Positions 1 through 12,515 are shown, counted from the first letter of the stretch. The stretch: 50,356 bases of DNA from Octopus sinensis (GCF_006345805.1 NW_021835934.1:1-50356), one strand, 5' to 3'. The notes: generated by a model not told the origin, from the sequence alone. Program-made: numbers and translations.

Positions 1-235
1 GGAATACATATCAATGTACGTATGAACGTAGGTAAATTCATATTTCGGATGCATCTGGTTCATCCTATAAAAATCATCGTTAATTAGACATCCTCCCGCC
101 ACCCCCTTCGCCTCTCTTTCTCTGGCTGATTGATTGTAACTAAACATCTGCTCTTTTATTCTGCTTCCTTACTCTCCCCCTGCGTTCCACTAAATCCTAC
201 ACAAAAAGTTCCAGTCAGTAATTGCTGCAGTTTCC

Positions 236-254
236 ATATATATATAATATATAT

Positions 255-304
<50 letters not shown>

Positions 305-328
305 GTATATATATTATATATAATATAT

Positions 329-369
<41 letters not shown>

Positions 370-584
370 TGTGTGGTGTGTGTGTATGTATATATATATA
401 TATATATATATGTATATACATATATATATATATATACATATATATGTATATGTATACATATATGTATATACATTGTATATGTATATACTATATATATATA
501 TATGTATATATACATATATACATACATACATATATATACACACATATATATATGTATATATGATAGAATATATATATATATATG

Positions 585-629
<45 letters not shown>

Positions 630-900
630 GTATATATATATAATATATGTATATACATATATATATGTATATATATATGGATATACATATTATATATGTA
701 TATACATATAATATATGTATATACATATTATATATGTATATACATTATATACATGTATATGTATATACATATGTATATAATGTATATACATATATTGTAT
801 ATATATACATGTATATGTATATACATATATATATATATGTATACATATATATGTATATATATATATACACACATATATATATATGTATATATTATGTGTG
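236..900. repeat. (TA)n/(TG)n compound microsatellite
   Basis: Seen directly. It explains the Y/I/C/V-rich ORFs at 130-926. Confidence 0.97.
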
Positions 901-1097
901 TATTCTCCAAGATTGAAGCACAATAAACGTTAAAGTCAGTTACAACTGACATTGCCGGAGGAGGAGGGAAGAGAATTAGCGGGAAAATGGAGTGTGAGGA
1001 GGAGGAGAACAAGAACAAGATGTACAATAGCAATAACAACAACAATAACAAGAACAGCAACAACAAAAAAAAAAGAAAAGAAAAGAAAATATACTAC

Positions 1098-1812
1098 CAT
1101 GATGCGCTTCAGACTGTCAATAAATGTCTGTACAGCACTTGATTCACGTTCTGGCAATTTGCTCTCCCGTTTTGCGGATAGTGATGATGTTGATGATGTG
1201 GAGAAGAAGGTGGAGGTCGTGGTGGTGGAGGAGGAGGAGGAGAAATGAGGATGATGATGATGATGACAGTAGTGGTGGTGGTGGTGGTGGTGGTGGTGGT
1301 AGCGGCGGCGGTAGTGGTGGTGATGATGATGATGACGCTGATAGTGCTGTTGTTGTTGTTGTTGTTGTTGTTGGTGGTGTGGTGGTGATGGTGGTGGCGC
1401 TGGTACAGGTGGTAATGATGATGATGATGATGATGGCAGTAGTGGTGGTGGTGGTGGTGGTAGTGACGGCGGCGGTAGTTGTGGTTGCGATGGCTGTAGT
1501 GGTGGTGATGATGATGATAATGTGGATGATGATGATGATGACGATGATGATGATGATGGTGATGGTGTTGTTGGTGGTGGTTGTGGTGGTACAGGTGGTA
1601 CGGGTGGTACTGATGATGATAATGATGGTGGTGATGGTGGTGGTGGTGGTGGTGGTGATGATGATGATGAGAATGATGATGTTGACGGCAGTAGTGATGA
1701 TGATGGTGGTGATGGCACAACTGCTAATGATGATATAGTGACCACAGTCCCTGGTGTGGTTATTTGTGTTTTTGTTTTTGTTGTTGTTGACATCGATGTT
1801 TTTTTTACATTA
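1098..1812 (-). CDS. Possible low-complexity (S/P/T/Q/H-rich) coding exon, unconfirmed
   Basis: The frame of ORF 936-1820 stays open through non-repetitive flanks (SNVKKTSMSTTTKTKTQITTPGTVV...; ...SAKRESKLPERESSAVQTFIDSLKRIM). There is a weak acceptor (tttcttcctcttgataag) and a weak donor (ATG|gtagta). No homology recognised. Confidence 0.2.
1180..1740. repeat. Mixed (GAT)n/(GGT)n/(GTT)n trinucleotide low-complexity tract
   Basis: Seen directly. Confidence 0.95.
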
Positions 1813-1833
1813 CTTATCAAGAGGAAGAAAAAC

Positions 1834-2067
1834 CTATTTCTTTACTACCCACAAGGGGCTACACACAAAGGGGACAAACAACGACAGACAAACGGATTGA
1901 GCCGATTACATCGACCCCTGTGCGTAACTGGTACCTATTTAATCGACCCCGAAAGGATGTAAAGCAAAGTCGACCTCGGCAGAATTTGAACTCAGAACGT
2001 AGCCGCAGACGAAATGCCGCTAAGCATTTCGCCCTGCGTGCTAACGTTTCTGCCAGCTCGCTGCCTT
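1834..2067 (-). mobile_element. tRNA-derived SINE, family A (full monomer)
   Basis: Reverse complement has a GGCAGCGAGCTGGCAGAAACGTTAGC head with A-box-like and GAGTTCAAATT B-box-like motifs, a GCTTTACATCCTTTCGGGGTCGAT body resembling the Deu/Nin domain (from memory), and a tail ending GTAGTAAAGAAATA. More than 10 copies occur in the window. Confidence 0.9.
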
Positions 2068-2451
2068 TCAAACCTTTCTGACCCTCCCAGGTTATCCCCC
2101 CCCCCCGCCGGAGAACCTAACCCTTAATCCTTAACACACAGTGGCCCCTACTAAAACCACTCCCGAAAGCAGGATGTCACATTAAACCTCTCAACGATCA
2201 ATTAAGTCTACAACCCAATGTACTTTACTTTTATCATTGTACTTTATTAGGATGGTAGAAAAGCAGAATTGTAAAAGTGTCAGCAAAATAATGGTATTTG
2301 TTATGGTTCTTTATGTTCTAAGTTCGAATCCCACCAGCGTCAAAAACCTTTTCCCTTAAAATTTCATGTCTTGTGCTCAGAAGAAACAAATGAAAGCTGG
2401 TGATCTGGTTGAATCGTCAGAGCGGCGGAAGAATTCCTGCAATGCACTTCT

Positions 2452-2598
2452 TATTTCTTTATTACCCACAAGGAGCTAAACATAGAGGCATTAAGTCGCT
2501 TACATCGACCCCAGTGCATAACTGGTACTTAATTTATCAACCCCGAAAGGATGAAAGGCAAAGTCGACCTCGGCGGAATTTGAACTCAGAACGTAACG
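2452..2598 (-). mobile_element. SINE-A fragment
   Basis: Matches the body and tail of 1834-2067 with an internal deletion. Confidence 0.85.
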
Positions 2599-2744
2599 GC
2601 TTCGGCCCTTTACGCTCTGAGGTCATTTCTCACCTGAGCCAATTTCGTTTTTCATCCTTCCGGTGATCGATAAAATAAAGTGCATGTGTGTGTGTCTGTA
2701 TCTGTGTCTGTGTGTGTCTGTATCTGTGTCTGTGTGTACATTAG

Positions 2745-2910
2745 ATTCTCTTAAAAGTTATTAAGTATTTGACTATTTAAATATTGTTTCTTAGTAAACA
2801 GTATCCCACGAACCTTTTGAAAATAAGATTTCATATTGTGTGAACTGAGTGTAAGCGCTTTCCTTGTGTTGTCCCATTTTTCAAACAAACCAGTACTGAG
2901 CCAATCCGTA
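2745..2910 (-). repeat. Inverted copy of the Penelope-like 3' pseudo-LTR
   Basis: Reverse complement (ggattggctcag...ttgaaaa...gaaagcgcttacac...aatatgaaa...caaaaggttcgt) aligns by eye, with divergence, to 4978-5130 (ggattagcccag...ttgaaaa...gaaaacgcttacac...aatacgaaa...caaaaggctcgt). Confidence 0.65.
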
Positions 2911-2948
2911 TAGAGAAAGTTGTTTTTAGTAATGATGCTGACCGTTTC

Positions 2949-3213
2949 GGATCTTTTCACTTTGACCGGCAGATTTTTTAAATAATTTCTTTGTAACTAA
3001 ACAGTTTTAAACTTCGTATACTGGTAGTGTGCTACATAAAACATATTTTTCTCTTGACTTTCTCGAGAAAATTCTGTAGTTTGTAAGCTATTTGTTGTTT
3101 AATTTCTTGCATTTCGGCAATTTCAACCAATCAATGACGTCTATTGAGGTGAATACAATTTCTGCCGTAATTTGTCAATAACATTTTCTGACGGTGTCAA
3201 AGCGAAAAGATCC
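2949..3213. mobile_element. MITE (about 265 bp) with 18-bp terminal inverted repeats
   Basis: GGATCTTTTCACTTTGAC (2949-2966) and GTCAAAGCGAAAAGATCC (3196-3213) are 17/18 complementary. No clear TSD. Confidence 0.75.
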
Positions 3214-3214
3214 A

Positions 3215-5130
3215 TAGTTTCTGGTTTACTTTCGGATTTAGAATTCTTAGAATGGTCTTAGAACAACTAAATAACCAACAATTCCACAAAAAGATATAAA
3301 GCAATGCAAATAAGCAAACACTGAACAAAGTTGGTGAATTTACAGACAGATTAAAAAATGGCTTAACGAAAAAGACGTTGAATTATCTCACAAATTTGGA
3401 GGTGAAAGAAGTAGCTTTTACAAACTACAATGCTAAGAAATTAATAACTGCTTAAAGGATCTCCATATACCATATATGGAAATTCTTTAAGCATCTGATT
3501 TAAAAGTACGTCTAATTGTTGCACGCCTAACATCTAGCAGTCAACGATTAAGTAATTTTTCCTGACAGGATTTTGAAACTAATGTGCAAATTGGTCCCGT
3601 GTTTCATCAGAGACGGCATGGACTTCTTAAATCATGATCCCGGAAGAGTTGATAAGAGACGATTATGGTTGCTTTCGATCCAACCAGTCTCTACACAAAT
3701 ATCCCTCATGGATTAGGATTAGCAGAGCTGTGGATAGTCAAATACGCACGAAAGTTCAGGAAAATTGCCCTCAAGATTTATACTTGAAATATTACCTGAA
3801 GGATTGATACTAGAGAACAACCACTTCTTTGATGCGTAAGATTACATACAAATTCAAAGCACAGCGATGGGAACGGAAGTCGCACCAACATTTGCAATAC
3901 TAGTAATGGGATTCCTAGAAGAAAAGTGAATACGTTATCTGGAATTACATTTAATCAACATTTCCAATCTTGTTTAACAGGAAATTGGAAATGATTCTTA
4001 GATAAAAGATACCTTTATCTTTTACAAGATAATTTAAATTAACAAATAGCCTTCATGAATCGATCCCTTTCACTATGAAAATGAATGAAAAGGATGTTCC
4101 ATACTGGTCATTCTGATAATTAAAGAAACTGAGGTAGTTATAATCGATCTCTGCTGCAAAGACACAGACACACTCAAATACTTAGATTTTAAATATTGAC
4201 ACTCGTGTCACGCAAAAAGAACACCAAATTAACATGGAAAGACATATATACTCAGTATATATAGACTTAAAAAGAAGAGAGAAAATACTGGTAGAAGCTA
4301 ATATGTAGAAGCCCAAAATTTAACAAATCATGGCAAATCTTTGACTTACAGGAAAAAATTCACGTTGAGGGTGAAACCAAAAGTAGAAATATAAATACTC
4401 CATTGGTAGTCACACATAATCGAAGAAATCACAAAATCTTACATTCAGCCAAAACAAATAATGAGAGTCACAAATTATCGACAGCCGAAGACAACCACCA
4501 AATTTCATAAGAATCTTAACAGAAGCGAGATTCATTTCGGAGAAAGAAATAATGCAGGTGACAACACGTGGAACCTTTCTTTGTGGAACGTGTGAAATAA
4601 CTAATCGTGGAACAACCAAAACATTCGAGAATGAGAAGTAACTGAAGGTGAATGCAAACATCTTTGTGTTCACCTTCAAAACAAGAGAAGACTTATCTAC
4701 TGCATCACATCCCCACAATGCAAAGAGAATTACATTGGAGGAACAGGATCAAAGCTGACCAGCCGTGTGAGAGTGGACGAACAGAAAATCAATAATTATC
4801 TCTTAGAAATGTAGTGAACATCTAAACATTTGTGATAATGGAAAATTCAAAATATTTCCTTTATTTCATAAATAACAAAATGATCGGCTATGCACGGCAA
4901 AAGCAGAATGCTTATTAAAATTCTAAACCCCAAATTAAACCGGAAAGTCACCGTCATTACTAAAAACAACGTCTATGTGGATTAGCCCAGAACATATGTG
5001 ATTGAAAAGATGAACAACGAAAACGCTTACACACAAAATGCGCTCAATACGAAACTTTCTTTCCAAAAGGCTCGTCGCATTTTATTTTTTTAAAAATATT
5101 TTTAAAATATTTAATGAATTTTAAGAAAAT
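3215..5130 (+). mobile_element. Degenerate Penelope-like retroelement (RT plus GIY-YIG endonuclease pseudogene, 3' pseudo-LTR)
   Basis: Manual translation gives FDPTSLYTNIPHGLGL (about 3674), YIQIQSTAMGTEVAPTFAILVMGFLEEK (about 3843), WK*FLD (decayed catalytic motif, about 3986), KDTDTLKYLDF (about 4158) and LIYCITSPQCKENYIGGTGSKLTSRVR (about 4692, GIY-YIG). Many stops and frameshifts. Confidence 0.9.
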
Positions 5131-5459
5131 CTTTCTTTGACTATCATGTCTGTATCGAGTATTTTTGGCTAAAACCTTTTACATATATCACTCACACTCC
5201 GTTTTTTAATAAAACTTTTGTTACTTTGCTGGAGCTCATGCTTTTGCATTGAATAATTGCTGATTTCTGTTAGCGAGAAACCTTAGGTTCCAGACATGTA
5301 TAATACTGGAAAAAAATAACTTTTTACCTACCTTTTCGATGTTTACAGCCCATTCTCCCGGACTTTACAAGCTTGTATATATATATGTGTGTGTCTGTGT
5401 GTGTGTATGTGCGCGCGCGTGTCTGTGTGTGTACGTGCGTGTGTGTGTAGTGATAATAA

Positions 5460-5802
5460 CAAGGACTTATTCTTTGTAAGCCTGGCACTAATTCTATCGG
5501 TCTCTTTTACCGAACCATAGGTTACGGGGACGTAAACACACCATCATCAGTTGTCAAGCGATGTTGGGGGGACAAACACAAACACATAAACATATACACA
5601 CACACACTATATATACATATATATACATACATATATACGACGGGCTTCTTTCAGTTTCCGTCTACCAAATCCACTCACAAGGCTTTGGTCGGCCCGAGGG
5701 TATAGTAGAAGACACTTGCACAAGGTGCCACGCAGTGGGACTGAACCCGGAACAATGTGGTTGGTAAGCAAGCTACTTACCACACAGCCACACTCTGCGC
5801 CT
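5460..5802 (-). mobile_element. tRNA-derived SINE, family B (CORE-like, internal microsatellite), 3'-truncated
   Basis: Head AGGCGCAGAGTGTGGCTGTGTGGTAAGTAGC...GGGTTCAGTCCC, then an ACCTTG(G/T)GCAAGT CORE-like motif, an internal (TA)/(TG) tract and a conserved 3' half. Confidence 0.9.
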
Positions 5803-5819
5803 ATATGCAAGAAATTTGC

Positions 5820-6188
5820 ATACGTAGTTGCGTAGTAAGAAGTTTGCTTCCCGACAACATGGTTCTTGGTTCAGTCCCACTGCGTGGCACCTTGAGCCAG
5901 TGTCTTCTACTATAGTTTCGGGTCGACCAAAGCCTTGTGAGTGGATTTGGTAGACGGAAACAGAAAGAAACCCGTCGTGTATATATGTATGAGTGTGTGC
6001 ATGTGTGCGTGTGTGCGTATGTGTCTGTGTTAGTCCCGCCACCATCACTTGACAACCGATGTTGGTGTGGTTACGGCCCCGTAACTTGTACAAGGCTTAC
6101 AAAGAATAAGTCCTGGGGTCGATTCGTTCGACTAAGGGCGGTGCTCCAGTATGGCTGCAGTCGACTGAAACAAGTAAAAGAATAAAAG
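5820..6188 (+). mobile_element. SINE-B
   Basis: Same modules, ending GACTGAAACAAGTAAAAGAATAAAAGAAT. Lies head-to-head with 5460-5802. Confidence 0.9.
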
Positions 6189-6425
6189 AATACACACATA
6201 CACACACGCACACACATATATACATATACACATCTATATATAAGTATATATATGTGTGTGTGTATAGTTACATGCATATACGAAAATATACATATACATA
6301 TATATATATAATAGGTATACATATATAATATATATATATTATATATATATATGTATGTATGTATGTATATTATATATATATAGATATATTATATATATAA
6401 TATATTATATATATATATATATATA
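6189..6425. repeat. (CA)/(TA)/(TATG) microsatellite
   Basis: Seen directly. Confidence 0.9.
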
Positions 6426-6450
6426 GTGGATATAAATCAATATATATTAG

Positions 6451-6715
6451 TGGAGGCGCAATTGCCCAGTGGTTAGGGCGTTGTAAGTGTTTATTGAGCG
6501 GAAACATTCAAAACTTCACGACGCTCCGTCAGGGGGTTGGTGGCGATCCCTGCTGTACTCTTTCGCCGCAACTTTCTCTCACTCTTTCTTCTGTTGGCCT
6601 GCTCGCTTTGCCGGCGGGGTGGCGTCATTAGAAGGCTAAAACAATGCAAAGCACATTGTGACCAGCGATGTGTAGCAACATCTGATAGCCTGGTCGGTCA
6701 CGATGATCTCGGTGA
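6451..6715 (+). mobile_element. tRNA-derived SINE, family C (head partly deleted)
   Basis: TGGAGGCGCAATTGCCCAGTGGTTAGGGC...GTGTTTATTGAGCG...CCCTGCTGTACTCTTTC is shared with 28082 and 47698-48007. Confidence 0.8.
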
Positions 6716-6758
6716 TATATGTATACATACACACACACACACTTAAATATTTATATGG

Positions 6759-6992
6759 AAGGCGGCGAGCTGGCAGAAACGTTAGCACGCCGGGCGAAAT
6801 GCGAGTCCGTATTTCGTCTGCCGTTACGTTCTGGGTTCAAATTCCGCCGAGGTCGACTTTGCCTTTCATCCTTTCGAGGTCGGTAAATTTAGTACCAGCT
6901 ACGCACAGGGGTCGATGTAATCGACTTAATACCTATGTCTGTCCTTGTTTGTCCCCTCTATGTTCAGCCCATTGTGGGTAGTAAAGAAATCT
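6759..6992 (+). mobile_element. SINE-A monomer
   Basis: Full head to tail match to family A. Confidence 0.92.
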
Positions 6993-6994
6993 AT

Positions 6995-7418
6995 TTTTTT
7001 CTGTTACTTGTTTCAGTCATTTGACTGCGGCCATGCTGGAGCACCGCCTTTAATCGAGCAACTTGACCCCGGGACTTATTCTTTTGTAAGCCCAGTACTT
7101 ATTCTATCTGTCTCTTTTGCCGAACCGCTAAGTAACGGGGACATAAGCACACCAGCATCGGTTGTCAAGCAATGCTAGGGGGACAAAACAGGCACACAAA
7201 CACACACACGCATATATATATTATATATATATATATATAGATATATATATATATATATATATACGACGGGCTTCTTTCAGTTTCCGTCTACGAAATCCAC
7301 TCACAAAGCATAGTAGGCTATAGTAGAAGACACTTGCCAAGGTGCCACGCAGTGGGACTGAACCCGGAACCATGTGGCTGGTAAACAAGCTACTTACCAC
7401 ACGGCCACTCCTGCGCCT
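6995..7418 (-). mobile_element. SINE-B full length
   Basis: All family B modules present on the minus strand. Confidence 0.92.
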
Positions 7419-7769
7419 ATATATAATATAAATATATATATAATTATACATAGTTATATATATATGTGTGTGTATATGTGTATATATACATGCATACATA
7501 CATACGAACGTACATACGTACTGATTTTACGATCGTCTGACGTTATCTGCGTCATCGACGTCTAAATCAATGGTTTTCTTATTCCCTCTCCGTCCCTCCC
7601 TCTCTTTCTCTCTTTCTAGCACACGCATACGTTCACACACCACACACACACACATAATTCTCAATATAACATTCATAAACACGTTTGTGTTGAAGCTAAA
7701 CGCTCTCCTTTCTCCTTACTGTTTGTTTATTTCAGTCTTGCTCACTCTGTTGCTCTCCTTTTATACATT

Positions 7770-8180
7770 CACACACACACACATACGCGCGCACACACAT
7801 AATCATGCACACACACGCATAATCATACACACATATAATCATACACACACACATAACCATGCACACACACGCATAATCATACACACATATAATCATACAC
7901 ACACATAATCATACGCACACACATAATCATACGCACACACATAATCATACGCACACACATAATCAAACACACACACATAATCAAACACAATCATACACAC
8001 ACATAATGACGGACAAGCGCACACACATAATCATACACATACACACACATAATCATACACACACACATAATCATATATACATACATAATCACGCACCCGT
8101 ACACACACATAATCATATACACACAGATATTCATACACACACACATAATCATACACACACACAAACACACACACACACAT
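7770..8180. repeat. Degenerate minisatellite (CACACATAATCATA)n
   Basis: Recurrent cataatcata interspersed with CA repeats. Confidence 0.85.
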
Positions 8181-9120
8181 AGAAAGTGAAAGAGTGAGAG
8201 ACGGGGGGGGGGGTGATAGTATAAAAGAAAGAAGAGGAATTGGAAGATGAATGAAATATTGGTAAAATAATTTCCTGGCAGATGAATGAAAGTAAAGAAT
8301 GAAAGAGGAAGGAAAGAGAGGAAGAGAAATGGAAGAGAGAAGGAGAGAAGGGAAAGACAGAGGGGAGTGAGGGGGAAAGAGGAGAGAGAGGAGAGATGGA
8401 GAGATGGAGAGATGGAGATGGAGAATGGGGGAAGCAGAGAGATGGAAAGAGAGAGAAGGAAAAAGAGAGAAGGAAAGAGGAGAGAGACGGAGAGAAACTG
8501 GGAGAGGGACAGAGGGAGAAGTAAAAGGGAAAGAGAGGTAGAAAAGAGAGTGGAGAGACTGAGAGGAGTTATAGGGTAGAGACATATGGTAGAGAAGGGA
8601 GAGATAGGAGTTATGGATAGAGGTTATATGTCGAGAGAGGAGATAGGAAAGAGATGTAAGAACGGATATGATAAACAGAGATAGAAGCAAGGGGAAGAGA
8701 ACGCAATATTAGATAGATAGTGTGAAAAAAGAAGTGAAAAGTATAAAAAATTTGAGATAGATAGGAAAATGATTGGCGGTAAAGAAAGAGGAAGAAGATT
8801 TGGAGAGAGAAGGAGAAGAGAGAAAGAATAATAGCAGTGAGAAAATAATTATATACGGGGTTAATGTGTGGGGAGAAATGATACTTTTTGAAAAAGAGAG
8901 AAAGAGAGAAAGAGAAAGAGACAGACAGACAGACAGATAGACGTTCAGTCAAACAGACAAACAGACAGACAAACGGACAGACGGACAGGGTTGAGGAAGT
9001 AATACCAAAGGGATGTATAGACATATCAATATGGATGACAAGTGGGAAAGAGAAAGATACTATAATAGAGAGAGAAGGAAAGAGAGGAGAGAGAGAAGGA
9101 GAGAGAAAGAAATATGAAGG
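8181..9120. repeat. Polypurine (GA-rich) low-complexity tract with (GACA)n
   Basis: Seen directly. Confidence 0.85.
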
Positions 9121-9257
9121 CAAGTTTTGATTATTGATAAAATATTTGGTTTTGGTGGTGGGGGATGGTGGGGAATGGTGGTAAAATGATGTTCCTATTG
9201 AAATATCAACAACAAAAGAATGTAATACGGAGGCGACGTGAAAATGTGCATGTTGTT

Positions 9258-10067
9258 TATAATAAAAATAATAATAATAATAATGATAATAATAATAATA
9301 ATAATAATATATAGAAATAAAATAATAATAATAATAATAAAATAATAATTTTTAAAAAAAAAATTAAACTAATATACTAATGATAATACGATCATAATAG
9401 AAATCAAATATAATAATGATATATAATAATAATAATAAATAATAATAATAATAAAATAAAAAAATAAATAAAATAATAATAATAATAATCATGATAATAA
9501 TGATAAAACGTAATAATAGAAATAAAAATATAATAATAATAAAATAATAATAATGATAATAGATAATAATAATAATAATAGTAATATATAATAATAAGAT
9601 AATAATAACATTAATAACAACAACTATAATAATAATGAAAATGATATTTCTTAAAAAAATAGAGAAAATTTCAATATACAAAGATCTGGAAATAGAGGCA
9701 ACTCGAATGTGGAATTTAAAAACAGAAACAATTTGTGTCATAGTAGGCGGATTAGGTACGATAAAAAATATTCAGACAAATACATAACAAAAACACCAGG
9801 ACTTACAAATATATATAACATACAGAAAATAGCACTGCTAGGTACTGCACACATCCTACGTGAAACACTTTCAATACAGTAAAAATAAGAGCACCCACAA
9901 CAACCAAACAAAGCACATACTTAAGGCACACAGAGCTGCGCTCGGTAGTGCAGTTGAGCATGTGATGATGATGATGTATAATGATGAATGATGATGATGA
10001 TGATGTGAATGAGATAATAATATAATATAATAATAATAATAATGATAATAGATAATATAATAATATC

Positions 10068-10104
<37 letters not shown>

Positions 10105-10430
10105 TAATAATAATATAATAGTAATAATAATATTAATGAAAATAATAATAATAATAATATATAATAATAATAATGATATAATAATAATAGTAATAATAAT
10201 ATAATGAAAATAATAATAATAATAATAATAATATAATGAATGATGGATGATAATATAATATAATAATAATAATAATAATAGTATATAAAATAATAATCAT
10301 AATAATAATATAATAATAATGATGATGATGATAATAATAATAATAATAGTAATAATAATAATAATGAAAATAATAATAATAATAATAATAATAATGATGA
10401 TGTGATAATAATATAATAATATAATAGTAA

Positions 10431-10479
<49 letters not shown>

Positions 10480-10540
10480 TAAAATGATGATGATGATAAT
10501 AATAATAATAATAGTAATAATAATAATAATAATAGTAATA
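9258..10540. repeat. (TAA)n/(TGA)n microsatellite field hosting an R4/Dong fragment
   Basis: Seen directly. Confidence 0.95.
9648..9962 (+). mobile_element. R4/Dong-clade (restriction-like endonuclease) non-LTR retrotransposon 3' end
   Basis: Translation across a frameshift gives EKISIYKDLEIEATRMWNLKTETICVIVGGLGTIK.../SDKYITKTPGLTNIYNIQKIALLGTAHILRETLSIQ*, followed by a short 3' UTR. Flanked by (TAA)n. Confidence 0.82.
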
Positions 10541-10624
10541 ATTGTAGCAGCCCAAGATCAAGCGACAAAAACAAACAACTTTAGAAAAAATATATGTGGA
10601 GAGAATATGCAAGAAAAATGTAGA
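10541..10624 (+). mobile_element. R4/Dong ORF fragment
   Basis: VAAQDQATKTNNFRKNICGENMQEKCR resembles the AAQDQ...KCR segment preceding the zinc knuckle of R4/Dong proteins. It abuts (TAA)n. Confidence 0.65.
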
Positions 10625-10626
10625 GC

Positions 10627-10897
10627 CTTCGAGGCACACGTCTGGGCAAGGTTGTTTATGGAAGACAAGCAGTCGCCTATGTCTCCACGCCACCGATGTT
10701 ATCCAAGGGAAAGACAAAGGGGCCGATACAGCTTGGCACCAGTGACGTCGCAGCTCATTTCTACAGCTGCGTCAACTGGAGCAACGTGAAATAAAGTGTC
10801 TTGCTCAAGAACACAACACGCAGCTCGGTCTGAATCGAACTCACAAACTCACGATCGTAAGCTCGACGCTCTAACCACTGAGCCATGCGCCTCCACC
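10627..10897 (-). mobile_element. tRNA-derived SINE, family D variant
   Basis: Head GGAGGCGCATGGCTCAGTGGTTAGAGCG...TTCGATTC and GTGTTCTTGAGCAAGACACTT core. The 3' part is shared with 47479-47697. Confidence 0.85.
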
Positions 10898-11264
10898 TAA
10901 AAACCGACCAGACGTTAACAAAATGGTTTAAACCACTGAAAACATTTCGACAGAGTCTATCACACCCGAAATATATATGAGCCCATAAAAAGAGAAAGTA
11001 GCACAAGAAAAGGGGCAATAAAGGATCTCTAAAACATAATAACGAAAATATACAATACAAATCAGAAGAAATAAATAAGCAACGTCGTCTTAAATCAAAG
11101 CTGACGGGAAAGAAAATAAGAAATATAAACTGAAATCTAAAATGGAGGCGAACAGAAGTCGCCATTAAAATGTCGAAGCAAATGCGTAGTCACAAGCCAT
11201 GTTTATTCGCAGAACATTATTCAGAAGCAAACAGAATAGATTAATCAAAGTTTTACATTACAAT

Positions 11265-11790
11265 AGGCGCCGGAGTGGCTGTGTAGTCAAAATTCCCTAT
11301 TGGAGTCCCCAGATTTCGGTTGCAACAATGCCTGCAAGTTGCACGAGATTTACTGGGGGAAGAATTGTAAAGGTTTATTGCTTCTAATTTGATTTTTTAA
11401 AAAATGTAATTTGTGGTTGTATGGACTTTTTGGTCCAAAGAAATTGTATCTTAAATTGTAAGAGGGTCATTACCTCGGTACATATATTAAAAAAAAACAA
11501 CAATGTTTTAGAGAAGCAGAGGGTCGGCGGGCACCTTCTGCCTTCTCCCATCTTTATCATTTTTGATCATAATCATCCACCTCATTAATGTCTATGTCTA
11601 GCACTCAAGCTACTCTTAGTAGTGCCTTTATGGCAAATATTTATGAAATAAAGTAGCTTGCTTGCCAACCACATAGTTCCGGGTGGAGTCCCACTAGGTG
11701 GCACCTTGGGCAAGTGTCTTCTACTATAGCCTCGGGCCGACCAAAGCCTTGTGAGTGGATTTGATAGGCGGAACTGAAAAAGAAGCCCGT
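11265..11790 (+). mobile_element. SINE-B 5' half interrupted by an insertion of about 360 bp (11287-11648)
   Basis: AGGCGCCGGAGTGGCTGTGTAGT at 11265 resumes as AAGTAGCTTGCTTGCCAACC at about 11649. Confidence 0.75.
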
Positions 11791-11792
11791 AG

Positions 11793-11824
<32 letters not shown>

Positions 11825-11842
11825 TATATATATATATATATA

Positions 11843-12250
11843 TAGGCGTAGGAGGGGCTGTGTGGTAAGTAGCTTGCTTACCAACCACATGGTTCCGGGT
11901 GCAGTCCCAACTGCATGACACCTTGGGCAAGTGTCTTCTACTATAGCCTCGGGCTGACCAAAGCCTTGTGAGTGGATTTGGTAGACGGAAACTGAAAGAA
12001 GCCCGTCGTATATATGTGTATACATATATATGTATGTATGTATATATGTGTGTCTGTGTTTGTCCCCCCAACATCACTTGACAACCGATGCTGGTGTTTT
12101 TACGTCCCTGTAACTTAGCAGTTCGTCAAAATAAACCGATAGAATAAGTAGTAGGCTTACAAAGAATAAGTCTCAGGGTCGATTTGCTCGACTAAAGGCG
12201 GTGCTCCAGCATGGACACAGTCAAATGACCGAAACAAGTAAAAGAGTAAA
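11843..12250 (+). mobile_element. SINE-B full length
   Basis: All modules present. Confidence 0.92.
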
Positions 12251-12273
12251 AGATTATGATTATTACATACGGA

Positions 12274-12495
12274 AAGGCGGTGACCTGGCAGAATCGTTAC
12301 CGACGTGGGCAAAGTGCTTAGCGAACTTTCGTCCGTCTTCACAGTCTCAGTTCGAATTCTACCAAGGTTGACTTTGCCTTTCATCCTTCCGGGGATCGAT
12401 GAAATAAGTACCAGTTTCGTACTGGGGGTCGATGTAATCAACTACCCCCACCTCCCTCTAACTTACTGGCTTTGTGTCAAAATTGTAAATCATTA
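12274..12495 (+). mobile_element. SINE-A older variant with an alternative tail
   Basis: Diverged head and body. Tail ...ctggctttgtgtcaaaattgtaaatcattatt resembles 32520-32580 and 45517-45560. Confidence 0.8.
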
Positions 12496-12515
12496 TTACA
12501 CAGGAAGTATATCGA

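Noticed and set aside
130-926. Numerous Y/I/C/V/H/T-rich ORFs
   Set aside because: These are translations of (TA)n/(TG)n, which lack stop codons. The same applies to the ORFs over TTA, ATCT and CT repeats elsewhere (for example 9921-10717, 22762-23239, 25772-26818, 40479-41022, 41503-42160).
5561-6185. Recurrent short ORFs such as ...SVSVYQIHSQGFGRPE... and ...RPRKDERQSRPRRNLNSER...
   Set aside because: They recur only because they are read through SINE-B and SINE-A copies. They are not a gene family.
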